51,450 bases of DNA from Octopus bimaculoides (GCF_001194135.2 NC_068982.1:153805300-153856749), one strand, 5' to 3'. Shown: positions 11,358 through 23,770, counted from the first letter of the stretch. Notes: a model not told the origin generated them from the sequence alone. Numbers and translations are program-made.

Positions 11358-12154
11358 TTAAAAACAGAAGTAAAAAAACTCATTCTTTAAACTTGCACTA
11401 GGTCAGGGTCATAAACAACTGTTCTTGTTTTGTCCAGTGCATTGTCTGTCTCGTTATTTTCGTTAATTGATGGAATATTTTTTTCCTTCAGAGCAAGTGG
11501 TTCAACAACTTTTCGTGGCTAACTATTGTGATATGCATGTCATGTCTTTCAGTATTTGAGAGAAATTCGAACCTTTCGAGGGGTGAGAGTAACGATTTTG
11601 AAGTTGAAGATAAGGTGAAAGCTATGATTATGATTATTTTCTTCTTCCGTATATCAATGGCAATTGAATTAAGGATCTATTTCATGTAATTGTAAAAACT
11701 GAGAATATTTAGCTTCAAATGAAGAAAATAGTTTTGTTTGACTTTCGTGTAGCACCTCACTTATGAAACGGGAAGCTAATAAAACGGCACAATGGTATGA
11801 AGGAGAGAGGAATGAATATTTTGCTTGTGAAGAAGTAGATCGAAACTATTCTCTCGAACATAGAATACAGGAAAAAACTATAAGTCTGGGAAGGGTTAAC
11901 AGACAATACACCACAGGATGCGGGAGACTTCACAGATCGTCTCCTCTTGAATATACTTATAAGTGAATTTGGTGACGTTAGTTTGCAGTTGATAGCAACG
12001 TAAAATGGCCGCTGGACTTGTGGGTGTGACCTGATCCTCCCATAGATGAGATTTCTCTCTAGTTTAAAAGTGGATTGCTTTTATTTGCTTTGCTTACTGG
12101 ATGTTTTAACAAATCGTATTATATTTTTTAAAGTTCTGGTCCCAATTTTATCAT

Positions 12155-12339
12155 ATACGTATATATATATATATATATAGATAGATAGATAGATAGATAG
12201 ATATATATACACGTATGTATGTATGATGTATGTACCTATTTCTGCATGCATGCATGTATGTATGTATGTATGTGTGTATGTATGTATGTATGTATGTATG
12301 TATGTGTGAATATATATGCGTGCTTTTATCCAATAAAAT

Positions 12340-12438
<99 letters not shown>
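12155..12438. repeat. (TA)(GATA)(TATG) and (AGT)n microsatellites
   Basis: Visible directly; source of the poly-S/T/L pseudo-ORFs. Confidence 0.95.
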
Positions 12439-13589
12439 AATGACAACGACTCATGGAAGAATTTAATGGCGTATCAGGAAAAAATGCATTTACGCCCTTT
12501 ACGTTAAGAATGTCAAATTCCATTTCATGCGATTAGTCTTTTAAACCAATGCACTCGAGACAATAATAACAGCAAGTTTTGATATGAAATCAATGAAAGG
12601 AATGTCAGTTCAGTGACAAATTATTTTAATTTGCTTTTGTTAATTACATGAGACAACTCACGACATAATTTAATCTTGTTAGACGTTGTCTAGAAATTAT
12701 ATCCTTTTCCTTACTTACCAAATTATTGATAAGTGCATCATTATATTGATGTACAATAATGAGAATTAGTAGGTTTCAGAAATAATCAAAATGATTCAAG
12801 AAGATTATGAAGAGACACCATTTGGAGAAAGAATCAAGAGTCAAGTATCATGTGAACAGTGGAAGATTATTTAAGTGGCCATGACTTGGTGAAAATGTTT
12901 AGATTGTTACAGCGTAAGGTTAAAATGACCAGAGAAAAAGAAGCCACAAGAGACGTCTAATGAATTAAATAAGAGACATTTTTCTGAGTTGTCACTGTTT
13001 TGTTCAAGTTCAAGCTCATCTGCCAATACATTCCATAATTTAAATGAATGCTTCAGGGTTATCCCCCCTTTCTTTTGCTTATGGGAATAGATAAGATATA
13101 AATTCTTCCACCATTAGAATTCAAATTTGAATTAATTCAAATTTCTTGAGATATTGTGCAATGGGTACCCCAGATTGTTTACCTAACCTTCTAATCGTTA
13201 TCATAGTTGTTTGTTCAACATAGGTATGTGTGTGTGTATGTGTGGGAGAGAGAGGGGGAGAGCAAAAAAGAGAGAGGAAGAGGGCAAGAGAGAGGGAGAA
13301 GGAGGCATATACCACTAGTTTGCACCAACGGTAATCAACCTAACTTCACACTTTCGAAACTCTTACTAACTTTCTTAAGGTTCAGCTAAATTTTGTTATG
13401 TTGATAATTGAAAACAGCCTGTAACTGAATACAAAATTTGTGTAAAGTTATTGTATTCATGTTGCCTAACCGAATGTCAATTCTAACTGATGGGTCCCAT
13501 GAGAAAAAGCATTTCAATGTCAACTGTTCCATCTTTTTTATATCTTGGATTCATTGTCCGAAGTATCCTGTTTTAAGATATTAGTATGT

Positions 13590-14110
13590 AATGTCTGGAA
13601 TATGACGCTGTTATTTCGAACAGCTTGAGTAAATGCTTAGGAGCCTCCGCATTGGGTTGTGAGGCTTAGACTATATTGGTGTTAAGTTAAGAACTGTTAT
13701 TAATTTACTAAAGCAATGAAATTAACAATTTCTTAAATGAAGTCATTGTATTAGACAAAAGGGAATTGGCAAATTGTTCCTCTCGACTACAGAAGAAAAC
13801 ACAAGGCTTTCTGTGAAAGTGAAATTCAATGTTCTACCATTTCAAAGATAAATTAGGATGTCATTGAAGTGCCATATAGCTCAAGGACAGTGAGCTTCGT
13901 TTTCTCTTCTGGATTGATAAGTAGTCGTAATCGTGTTACGATAATGGTCTGGCTAAGATCTGACGTTGAAGCTAACGTCCAGAAAGTAATATTTTTAATT
14001 AGAATATTTTAGTTTCGCTCATTCACACAACATGAATGAAGATGCCGCTGCATGATCACGTGACCTGCTAGAAATTACAGTGAAATATTCTTAAAATTAC
14101 ACCTTATTGT
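13590..14110. repeat. Divergently oriented pair of a dispersed repeat (GCTAGAAATAGCAGC..AAAT family), MITE-like
   Basis: Minus copy at ~13590-13655 (GACGCTGTTATTTCGAACAGCTTGAG); plus copy at ~14035-14110 (GACCTGCTAGAAATTACAGTGAAAT). Confidence 0.45.
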
Positions 14111-14332
14111 CTCAAAAAAAAAAACGAATCCCATACATTGTAAAATATGGTCGAAGATACACTGGAAAATTAAAAAGGATGGTCATGGAGAGAATGCCTT
14201 TTGTTCTGGATCTAATTGATCAGGGCTTATTTTGTCTAAACAGTACCAACAATAACATACATAGCATGGCTGGCTTAAGCAAAGTTCACTTTTTTGAAAG
14301 AATTTGTATTGATACAATTGTTCCCTCCTTAC

Positions 14333-14396
14333 CTGTTTCTTTCAAGTATTGACCAGCGTCTGTTGCGAATGGAGCTCAACAACATCAGTCTAACTA
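14333..14396 (-). CDS. Candidate isolated internal exon of an unknown gene
   Basis: Minus strand has acceptor TTTTTATGTCTTCCCATAG, 64 nt open in one frame only (xVRLMLLSSIRNRRWSILERN), and donor CAG|GTAAGG. No homology recognised. Confidence 0.3.
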
Positions 14397-14659
14397 CTAT
14401 GGGAAGACATAAAAAGGCCAAAGCCATTGCCAGTTCTTTTCCTGTCTAACTTTTTTCTTAATTTCATTTTATGAAGAGAAACAGTAAAAGAAATTGTTTG
14501 CTTGTTTGGAAACGTTGCCAACTTACCAAACAAATGCAAACTGCCCATAGAACTTAAATGCAACTTCCCTCATAAAAACAATGTTTCATTTCTTTCTATA
14601 GACATTTTCCTGTAATTTTTAAAAACCAACTCACACATATATACCTAGGAATGCAATTA

Positions 14660-14880
14660 TATATATACATACATACATACATACATACATACATACATAC
14701 ACATATATGCATATATATATATATATATATATATCCATATATATATCCATATATATATATANNNNNNNNNNNNNNNNNNNNNNNNNNNNNNNNNNNNNNN
14801 NNNNNNNNNNNNNNNNNNNNNNNTATATATATGTATGTATATATATATACATATATATATATACATATACATATATAATC

Positions 14881-14911
<31 letters not shown>

Positions 14912-14930
14912 CGCACACACACACACACTC
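14660..14930. repeat. (TACA)/(TA)/(CA) microsatellites around a gap
   Basis: Visible directly. Confidence 0.9.
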
Positions 14931-16282
14931 ATACTTGTTGACGAACACGTACTGGTTTGTGTACAGACCCAGACACATATGCACGTACACAAGGTTGAAT
15001 ACATATTTGCATAGAATATTACATTAAAGCTTCGAATTTATTCTTGTTTTATATTTCTTCTAGACAAATGTATTAAAATATCCTGAACGCGCAAATATGC
15101 ATTTGTGTTTGTACATACAAACATATGTGTTTATGTGTATGCATGTGGGTTGGCATGTGCATATGCTAAGTTGTACAAGTATATTTAAAATGTATGTTTA
15201 GCATAGGACAAATATATTTACTGAATACATACACATACGAATTCATTAAATAAACATATTCTAAAATGTTTTATCTATCTGTACATGTCAATAAAAGATA
15301 AATGGTTAACACTAAAGCAGTGGATTCTATGCTGGAGTTAAAATATTTAGTAATCAAACCTCTAGCAAGTATTGTTATTGCAATGCTCTTCAATGGCATT
15401 TGATATTTATATCGGAAAGTTTTCAACTAGACATGTCTCCTACATCACGTATATCTCAATGTCTATGGTACTGTTTTTGTGCAAAGATAAACTTATTATA
15501 AATAAACAATACGATATAATAATTTTTTCATATGTCATGCTTTTAGCTAAGCACATTCGATGCTATAATATTGCGAAAGACCATCTTCTCTGTTCGACAC
15601 TTAGCTCCGTAGCACAGACGTATTTAAATTTCACTTGCAGGGTATGTGTGAGATTTGCTGCGTTGCGATAATGAAACATCCAATTATATATTGACATTTG
15701 TTGCTTTCAAGGGTGTCATAATAAATTACAACACCTTAATTACAAACTACGTGTGAAACTTCTATTTCGGAGAACTATTCTGCTCATTAATAGAATGCAA
15801 AGATCATTGAGATAAAGGTGCAAAATCAACCGAATTTCTTTTTGTTCAATCTTTTGCTTTCCTTGAAAAACTTTCGCAGAATCACCTACAAGATTTAGAT
15901 TAACATTTGCATGGGAAATTCAATTTCTTAAAAATACGCAGGAAGATTATTAAAAAAAGACAAGTTGTCGAAAAGAATATCATAGATATTACCATGAACT
16001 ATATAAAATCAACATTCGACATCAATCGAAGTCAGTCTTGAAATTTGCATCCACCAGTAACCATAGCAACATAATAGGAAAGGAGAATTAACTTTCGAGT
16101 CACTGATAATTTGTCCTTGTCTGGAATCTTTTCTACAATCATTTTCTAATTTTTACTTTACACTTTACTTATGTAGGGCGAAATAGCCTTTCCTTTTGTT
16201 TTGTCTTTTATATATTTTTCAAGTTTCTTTATTATATTATTCAGTCATTTTCTTCATGGTACACTAATCAAGGAAGAATGTA

Positions 16283-16296
16283 TAGATAGATAGATG

Positions 16297-16371
<75 letters not shown>

Positions 16372-16389
16372 TATACATACGTACATATG

Positions 16390-16446
<57 letters not shown>
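16283..16446. repeat. (GATA)n + (TA)n microsatellites
   Basis: Visible directly. Confidence 0.95.
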
Positions 16447-16450
<4 letters not shown>

Positions 16451-17388
16451 CAAATAAGTAACAAGGATGTCCAGGTATTAGTGCATTACCGCCGTCTCAA
16501 ACGGCTCCATTTAATCGATCAGTGAAAACGTTACATCAATTTGAAATATGGCGTGCTCCTCGGTGAAGACGACCATATAGATTTCCAACATAAAGGATAA
16601 ACCATTATTTTTGCAATATTTCATCAGTACAAAGAGACTAAACTAAATTGGATTGTTTCAATTTGCTATTTATGTAGTGGAATGAATTTAGGGAAAAAAT
16701 GTCTACCTAAAGCCTACTACAATTTAGGGTGGCAGAGGAAAATAATGAGGATGGGAGTCAAGAAAGAGGATTGATGATATAGCTACATTTGTATTTATCT
16801 TTATCACATTCTAAAGATTTAATGCAGCCTGTTGTCAACAACCCCTTAGAGTTAAATCCATTGGGAACTAACACTTAAGTTCTTGGTGCTGATAAATTAA
16901 TTAATATCAGATATTCTCCCCGGCCCCTATTTAACTGGGACCATATATCCAGCCTTATCTACGTAAAAGGAAATATCTCAGAGCTGCTAATAACATAATG
17001 ACAAATAGAGAAGAGTTGATAACCAGAAAGAGGAAGGACAGGGGTAGCTAAACATATCATAGACAAACATATCCGTATAACCCCATGCACATGCGCACAC
17101 AAATATACACATTTATATAGATATGCATGTACATGAAATTATATACATATGCACACCGTCGTGCAGTTTCACGATCCAATCTAAGTTCCAAATCCAACAT
17201 ACGGAAGGTTCCAGGAATGGAGTTTAAATGAAATAAGAATACAAATGGGTTAAATGTTCACTACAGCTGTTACCGACGCGTTTTTTTATTGATAAAAAAT
17301 TCGATTGTGTCAAAAATTTAGAAATTTGGGTCGGAGAAAAAACCCTTTCATTTAGACAACAATCAATATAAACGTGTGGGTATTTACA

Positions 17389-17443
<55 letters not shown>

Positions 17444-17445
<2 letters not shown>

Positions 17446-17614
17446 TGAGAGACTTACTTTCTAACCCATGGTTCTGGGTTCAGTCTCACTGAGTGGCCCT
17501 TTGGGCAAGTGCCTTCTATTATAGACTCGCACAGACCAAAGCCTTGTGAGTGGATTTGTTAGCCGGAAACTGAGAAGCCCGTTGTACGTGTGTGTGTGTG
17601 TGTGTGTGTGTGTG
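17444..17614 (+). mobile_element. SINE of the 10869 family, 5' half running into (GT)n and a gap
   Basis: GGGTTCAGTCTCACTG..TTGGGCAAGTGCCTTCTA..CCAAAGCCTTGTGAGTGGATTTG..GGAAACTGAGAAGCCCG matches 10920-11030. Confidence 0.8.
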
Positions 17615-17801
17615 NNNNNNNNNNNNNNNNNNNNNNNNNNNNNNNNNNNNNNNNNNNNNNNNNNNNNNNNNNNNNNNNNNNNNNNNNNNNNNNNNNNNNN
17701 NNNNNNNNNNNNNNNNNNNNNNNNNNNNNNNNNNNNNNNNNNNNNNNNNNNNNNNNNNNNNNNNNNNNNNNNNNNNNNNNNNNNNNNNNNNNNNNNNNNN
17801 N

Positions 17802-17861
<60 letters not shown>

Positions 17862-18017
17862 TCTCTCTCTTTCTCTGCGTAAGTTTTCTTTCATTTCATT
17901 CTGATATAAGCGCATGCGTATATTTGCATACTTTTTCTGCATTTGGACTGAACTTTCCACTGGCATCAACATGATCTTTCTCACTCCTAACGTCTATATG
18001 ATGTGAAAATGTTATTT

Positions 18018-18135
18018 TCCACAATTAAGTGCACTTCATATTCGAGGCTGGGATGAAGCTATAAGATGTTATCCAAGAACTCAACTACGAGTCCACCACA
18101 TCTTATAGTAGAAGCAGCTGTAAGCGAATGAGATT
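18018..18135 (+). ncRNA. Dispersed repeat with degenerate type-I hammerhead-ribozyme architecture (copy 1)
   Basis: GGCT-GGGATGA-AGCTATAAGATG-(30 nt)-CATCTTATAGTA-GAAG-C-AGCT-G-TA-AGC. Homologous to 34175-34295 (-) and 50105-50230 (+). Confidence 0.55.
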
Positions 18136-18559
18136 CACAACAAAACCTTTGTTATTTTGTTTGTCTGTTTGTTTGTTTTTTTCTCCAGTTTTGTCTCTTT
18201 TTTTTTCGTCTTACTACTGTATACTCATCTAACATTGCGTTCAGAAACATATGTATATTGAGTTCTACACCAGGTTCTACACCAGGAAAGCTAAATATCA
18301 ATGTGTGTGTGTGTGTGTGTGTGTGCGTGTGCATATTTGCGTGTTTAGTTCTAGATATTCTCATATATTTGCCTTAAAGAAATATAAAACAATTATAAAT
18401 TAGTACTTCCTAAATTCTGACTCTTTTTTCTAGTTCGAGGCTACTGAATACTGTTTGTAGCTGTCCAGTTAATCTGTTTACGAACAATTTGTAGGTCTGC
18501 AATTTTGGTGGCTGCCGTTATTTTTGTTTTGAAGGATCTGTATTTATTCACCAAAGTCA

Positions 18560-19620
18560 AATATTCTACATACTTCTATTTAACTGAGAGGATATTTCAA
18601 CGACCGCATTGTGCCGGAATTTCGGCAAGAATTTGGAAACTGTCAACCACGCCTTTTATCGTGTTATTTTTTAGCTATTGTCAACCCTGTTTAATGATCT
18701 ATTCTATTTGTCATCCTTTGTCCCTTGTGCATTTTCATCGTTTCGAATATTTGATTTTCATCGCCACGCGCACGCGCTCACAAGCATTGGTAGTTCTTTA
18801 TTTGATTTGATTTTTTCCTTTTTGCATTCAATTCGCCAAGTAAAAACAGATTTTTTTGCCTTCTGTTTTTGTCCATTCTGTGGAGGATTTTTTTTTCTTT
18901 TTACATTGTTGTTATGTTGTTGATGTCTGCTTTCTTTCTATACTACTTCTGCTTCTGCTACGGAAGGGATTAGATTATTCAAGTTGTTAATATTCATGTT
19001 GCTTCTGTGGACAGAATTCCTTGCAAAGCTCTTACTTTGATCCATATTCATCTATTTTATTACGTTTTTTTAATTTTTTTATTGTTTCTGTTCGCTTGTT
19101 GATGTTAAAACTCATCGATATGGTTTTTATTCTGTTTATGGTTAAGTGTGGAATCAAGTGTGTATTTTTATTGTGCTAGCATATTTTGTTCAAAGTTTCC
19201 ATGGGGACTTCTATGATCTTAATCATTTTGGATTTTAGTTCCTTTTGTTGGCTGTTATTTGTATTTTCTTATAATACTTTTTGTTTCTGCATGTGATGGG
19301 TACTATGGTAATTTCAGTATGTTTTGAGGGCCTATTTACTGTTTATGTTGTCGTTTGTGTCGTCTTATTTTCTTTGTTGTGCTAACTTATGTGTTTTGTG
19401 TCAGATGGATTCTTTCGTGATGCTTTTATTGATTTAAGGGAGCTGCTCGTGTTTGTATGAGGTCGGTTATATTTTCTGCTTTTATATTCTTGCATGTATT
19501 TTTTTCTCAGTTGTTCTATTTTTGCTTCTGGGATATTTTTGCTGCTTATTAAGAAAATTCGTGCATTTGATAGCATGATTTGATTATTTTCCTCACTTCG
19601 TTTTTTTTCACTCCACCAAT
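18560..19620 (-). mobile_element. Highly degraded A-rich LINE segment, possibly the R4/Dong pre-RT region
   Basis: Strong strand asymmetry. Minus frames give NINNLNNLI..AEVV, TWRIE.KK and ENQIFET, loosely like the RLE-LINE region upstream of RT. Many stops. Confidence 0.35.
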
Positions 19621-20391
19621 TGCTTTTTTTTTTTGTTTTTCATAGGGCTCGTGTGTATCGGATATAATATCGATGTATAATTTTAGTGTAACGTTTCAAT
19701 ATTTTATTGATTTGTCCAACGTACTCTTATCTTCTTAGGAGGTATGAAACGGCCCTTTCTGTTGCGAGTTAACCTCTTATGAAGACACAATTTCTAAACC
19801 TCACCAAACTTTAGTTCCGCATTGAATTCACATTAAGCTCACGACACACCGTTCATCGGACACCCCTGGTCTGATGGATATGACTTTCATCATAATTTAC
19901 CTTTATTAAAAACAAAAACATTTATAAACAGTGTTACACAAAGTTTGGTTTATTCTAAGTTGTCTTGGTTATATTTTAACGTCGTTGTTACACTGCTCGT
20001 AATTTGTGCACACATTTTACATGATTTCTACAACATATTTTGTGTGTAATTATCATATTTATGACGTAAGATAAGAACTGTATTTGCTGGAGATATTTAT
20101 TTAGTCATTTCTATCCTTAGGTTTTAATTTGCTGTCTTTGATTTGGTGGTGTTATTAGATTTAATATATCTTTTTATTCGTATAGCTCAAGGCTTAATTC
20201 AGAATTTCTGAAAGCCTCAATGACGGCGAGTGAAATGAGGTGAGAACATCTTATGTTTCTGTTAAGCAGACAAAAATAGTTGAGAATCTTCATACTGGTT
20301 TGTTTCGAGAGATTTGCACACCAAATATGTACCATTAGTGTGTACCATTAGTGTGAAACAAAAAGCTTTGAATATATATTACTAAACGCGC

Positions 20392-20421
20392 GCGCGCACG
20401 CACACACAGACACACACACAC

Positions 20422-20472
<51 letters not shown>

Positions 20473-20492
20473 TACACACAAACACATACGCA
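20392..20492. repeat. (CG)(CA)n microsatellite
   Basis: Visible directly. Confidence 0.95.
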
Positions 20493-20496
20493 TACC

Positions 20497-20597
20497 TTGT
20501 TGTCAACTGGGCATGCTATATATATGATCCAGCATAGTTTGCTTTCTTTCTCAATTAAAACTATCTCTGGCTTCCTATTCTCTATCTCATGGTCGCA
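20497..20597 (-). mobile_element. Short R4/Dong-like REL endonuclease fragment
   Basis: CDHEIENRKPEIVLIEKESKLCWIIYIACPVD matches the RPD..D(I/V)ACP.D pattern. The 5' end abuts the (ATT)n tract at 20598-20652. Confidence 0.75.
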
Positions 20598-20655
<58 letters not shown>

Positions 20656-20749
20656 AGGAACGTATACGTGAAGTTGCTAAAAAGGACCCAAATCAGAGCA
20701 AACACATTGATAATTTTTGGTCCATACATCAATTAAGTGCAAATTTCAA

Positions 20750-21060
20750 GATTTTTAGCTTAGAGGTTGGCGCTTATAATCGATTGTCAGATTGTTGATG
20801 CACAAACACTCGCCACTGAATAGATCTATCTGCAATAGCTTCCACTTAGTGCGATGCAACAAAGAGTGGATGAGTAAAGAACCTATTATGGATGGCACTT
20901 TAATCAATCGAAAGCTTTCGATTGGCTCAATAGCTGGAACTTCGCGGCTGTTGCCGCAGTGGCTGGTTTCGGTCATGCATTCCGTATTTGGATAGTCGCA
21001 ATGCACTGCGACACCTGCTCCATAGTTAGAGATGAATGGCAATTTATTCGAACTATACAG
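20750..21060 (-). mobile_element. Possible old CR1/Jockey-type LINE fragment
   Basis: LY..KLP..NYG..V and LWS.. loosely resemble the post-RT LEY..VWSP region. Weak. Confidence 0.25.
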
Positions 21061-21599
21061 CATTTTGTGTCTGCTCTCATTTCTTCTGTATGTATTGACG
21101 CTCGAGCGGAAACTCAGAATTATATACCGTTTTCTATAACGAGATGTATTAGGTATTTGAATTTGTCTCTGCGTGGATTAAAATTTTGACTCTCAAGAAG
21201 TAGAGCCTACGTAGTGCAAAATACATTGAGATTGTGAGCAATGAGCGAAATATGATCATCAAACCACAGAATATGTTGAATATAGTCACTATTAGATAAT
21301 ATTATAAATTAATATATAAAATAGTATTGATATCGATGCGTAAGACACTTATGTAAACATTCGCAATGTTTCACAGGTTTATTTGTTAACATATGACTGA
21401 TATTTATAAAATATGTAGCAAAATACATAAATATACATGTCTAAATATGTAAACATGCTTGACTAAGTATATAAGTATAATAGGGATTTAATTCTGAAGT
21501 ATATATCAGTAGGAATATATATTTAGTTTCTCCAATTATTTAATGCTGTAACAGTAACTATTAGAAGCAGACAAATATGTTAATCGTAAGCAACAGCAT

Positions 21600-21745
21600 T
21601 GGGTGAGTGAATACCGATTATTTTATTATTTGATAGTCTGGAAGTAATGCAAACAACTTTATGCTAGATTTGAACTCAAAACGACAAGACTACACGAATG
21701 AAAAAGCAATATTTCAGCTCTTAGCACTTTCTAGTAACCTCACCC
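21600..21745 (-). mobile_element. Degenerate SINE fragment of the 2815 family
   Basis: GATTTGAACTCAAAACG resembles AATTTGAACTCAGAACG of the 22737 copy. Confidence 0.4.
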
Positions 21746-22354
21746 ACCAAATTTCTTTTTAAATAAAGCTATTAATACTTAACTAAATGATGCATGCAAA
21801 TAATATAATTTATCGTCTTTTAATGTAAATGGAAGAGTTATAAATTTCATGAGACAAATGGTTACCTAAGTCACGAAGTGCTTCGGTTTTTCCGTTTATT
21901 AGCCACGGACTTAATCATAATATAAAAACTCACCGTACTGTAACATCAAATAAACAAAAACCAAAGAAACACAAAGAAACTATTCACTGATGTCATTCTA
22001 CCAATCCCAAACTTCTCCTAATAAACCAATCATAATTAAAACAATAACAGTCAATCAAAATCATAATAATAACCAATTATGATAGCCTATTAATACTAAT
22101 ATCAAAGTGAAAGTTTTATATTGATCTGCGTGGCAAGATTACTAAATGAAAGATTCAGTTATATGCAGCACAGTGAGGGACATCAGACTGAAGAGTCTAA
22201 AACTCCACAAATATATTGACAAAATGATATGAGTATAGAAATGCGCGCTAATTAAGTTGGTTTCTCTTCGAAGTTAGGCATGACTTAGCCGATCTTTCTT
22301 AAAATACATTTTTTCCGACGTAATCCCGTCCATTTAGAAGTATCCGTGACCTCA

Positions 22355-22725
22355 ATAGTAAGTTGTGTGTATTTTGGGGAAAATTTGACTGTTATTTCTA
22401 GCGGGTCAAAGTAAACGGGGCATCAAGACTCCTTAGTTGACTCGCACAAATCTTGAAGTTATATCGAGAACACAATCGCCTCATGGAATATATTTACAGG
22501 TTAGTGGGCTGAGCTAGTATCAGTCTAAATACTTTGGTCATAGTGAGTGAGAGAAAATGCAACTGATCAAAAAATGTTGAAAAAGAGAGCGAGACAGTTT
22601 TGACGAATTATAAATTGACTGAATCCATAACGACCCAATGCAGCAGGATGTATGTGCTCACTCGACCGGCTAGAAATAACACCAGAAGCTCCATCAAGTT
22701 ACAGATTATCATTGTCTTCAAAATG
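22355..22725. repeat. Second divergently oriented pair of the GCTAGAAATA family
   Basis: Minus copy TTTGACTGTTATTTCTAGCGGGTC (~22383-22407); plus copy GACCGGCTAGAAATAACACCAG (~22663-22685). Other members at ~34685, ~39085 and ~47910. Confidence 0.55.
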
Positions 22726-22736
22726 AAATGATAATA

Positions 22737-22971
22737 TTCTTTTCTACTCTCGGCACAAGGCCAGAAATTTGGGGGGAGGGGGCTAGTCGATTAGATCGAC
22801 CCCAGTATGCAACTGGTACTTAATTTGTCGACCCCAAAAGGATGAAAGGCAAAGTTGACCTCGGCCGAATTTGAACTCAGAACGTAAAGACAGACGAAAT
22901 ACTGCTAAATATTTCACCCGGCGTGCTAACGTTTCTGCCTGCTCGCTGCCTTTCTGCCAGCTCACCGTCTT
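22737..22971 (-). mobile_element. Full-length tRNA-derived SINE (2815 body, different 3' tail)
   Basis: Body is near-identical to 2890-3045. Tail on the minus strand is CCCCAAATTTCTGGCCTTGTGCCGAGAGTAGAAAAGAATA. Confidence 0.9.
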
Positions 22972-23699
22972 ACGAAACAATAATATTGTCTTAGATGCAC
23001 AATAATAAAGTACTATATGATAAGATCAACGATGCAACATCTTCTGACCTTAAGCCTACTCGATCAGCATTGAAACAGGGATTTAAAAACAGGAGAACAA
23101 CCACTAAATACTGAGTAGATTAAATTTGGAATGTCAAGTCACTTGCCATGAGAACTACTATGTTATAAAATTAGTAAAAGTACTTCAAAAATTAATGTCA
23201 AAATGCATACGTTATCGTTAATAATAGGAGTTGATTAACACGAAATAATAGGCATCATTAACACGAAACTCATGTTCATACTGTTATGAAGCTTAGTTGT
23301 AGTCTGGGATGCGATAAATTTGATAGATACACATTTAAGATATACATTTAAGATATACTCCGTTAGAGAGGGGGCACAGAGAGAGTAATACAAACATAGG
23401 TATATAATAAGTATGCATGCATGTGTGTGTGTATGTGTGTATGTGTGTGTGTGTGTGTATTTTTATATATATGAGTAATTCAGAAGCTTTAACCATCAGT
23501 TTTTAGTTGTTGATTAAAAGAAAAAAAAACAAGACTATTTCCTTAGAGTCTAGGTGGCTGAATGTTCCGCAGAAACATGTACTCTTAACGTTATTCTCAA
23601 AAAGAAAAAGTATAACGCATTGTGAAAGCCTGGACTTTTTAATTGCAAATACAATCTGACAGGCTTCCATAGGCAAAAAGACACTTGTCAAGATATTAG

Positions 23700-23770
23700 A
23701 ACGTGCAGCGAACCCTGGATCTTAAGATTTAGAATCGAGTGTCTTAACCATACAGCCATACTGTCTCCAA
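23700..23770 (-). mobile_element. tRNA-like SINE head
   Basis: Minus strand TGGCTGTATGGTTAAG (A-box-like) ... GGGTTCGCTGC (B-box-like). No full cloverleaf. Confidence 0.55.

Noticed and set aside
12780-12913. Apparent plus-strand exon (TTTCAG..C|GTAAGG)
   Set aside because: All three frames contain stops between the splice-like signals. It may be an old RTE-like fragment instead.
23700-23770. tRNA gene (likewise 32418 and 40870)
   Set aside because: A/B-box-like motifs only, with no complete cloverleaf; these are SINE heads.
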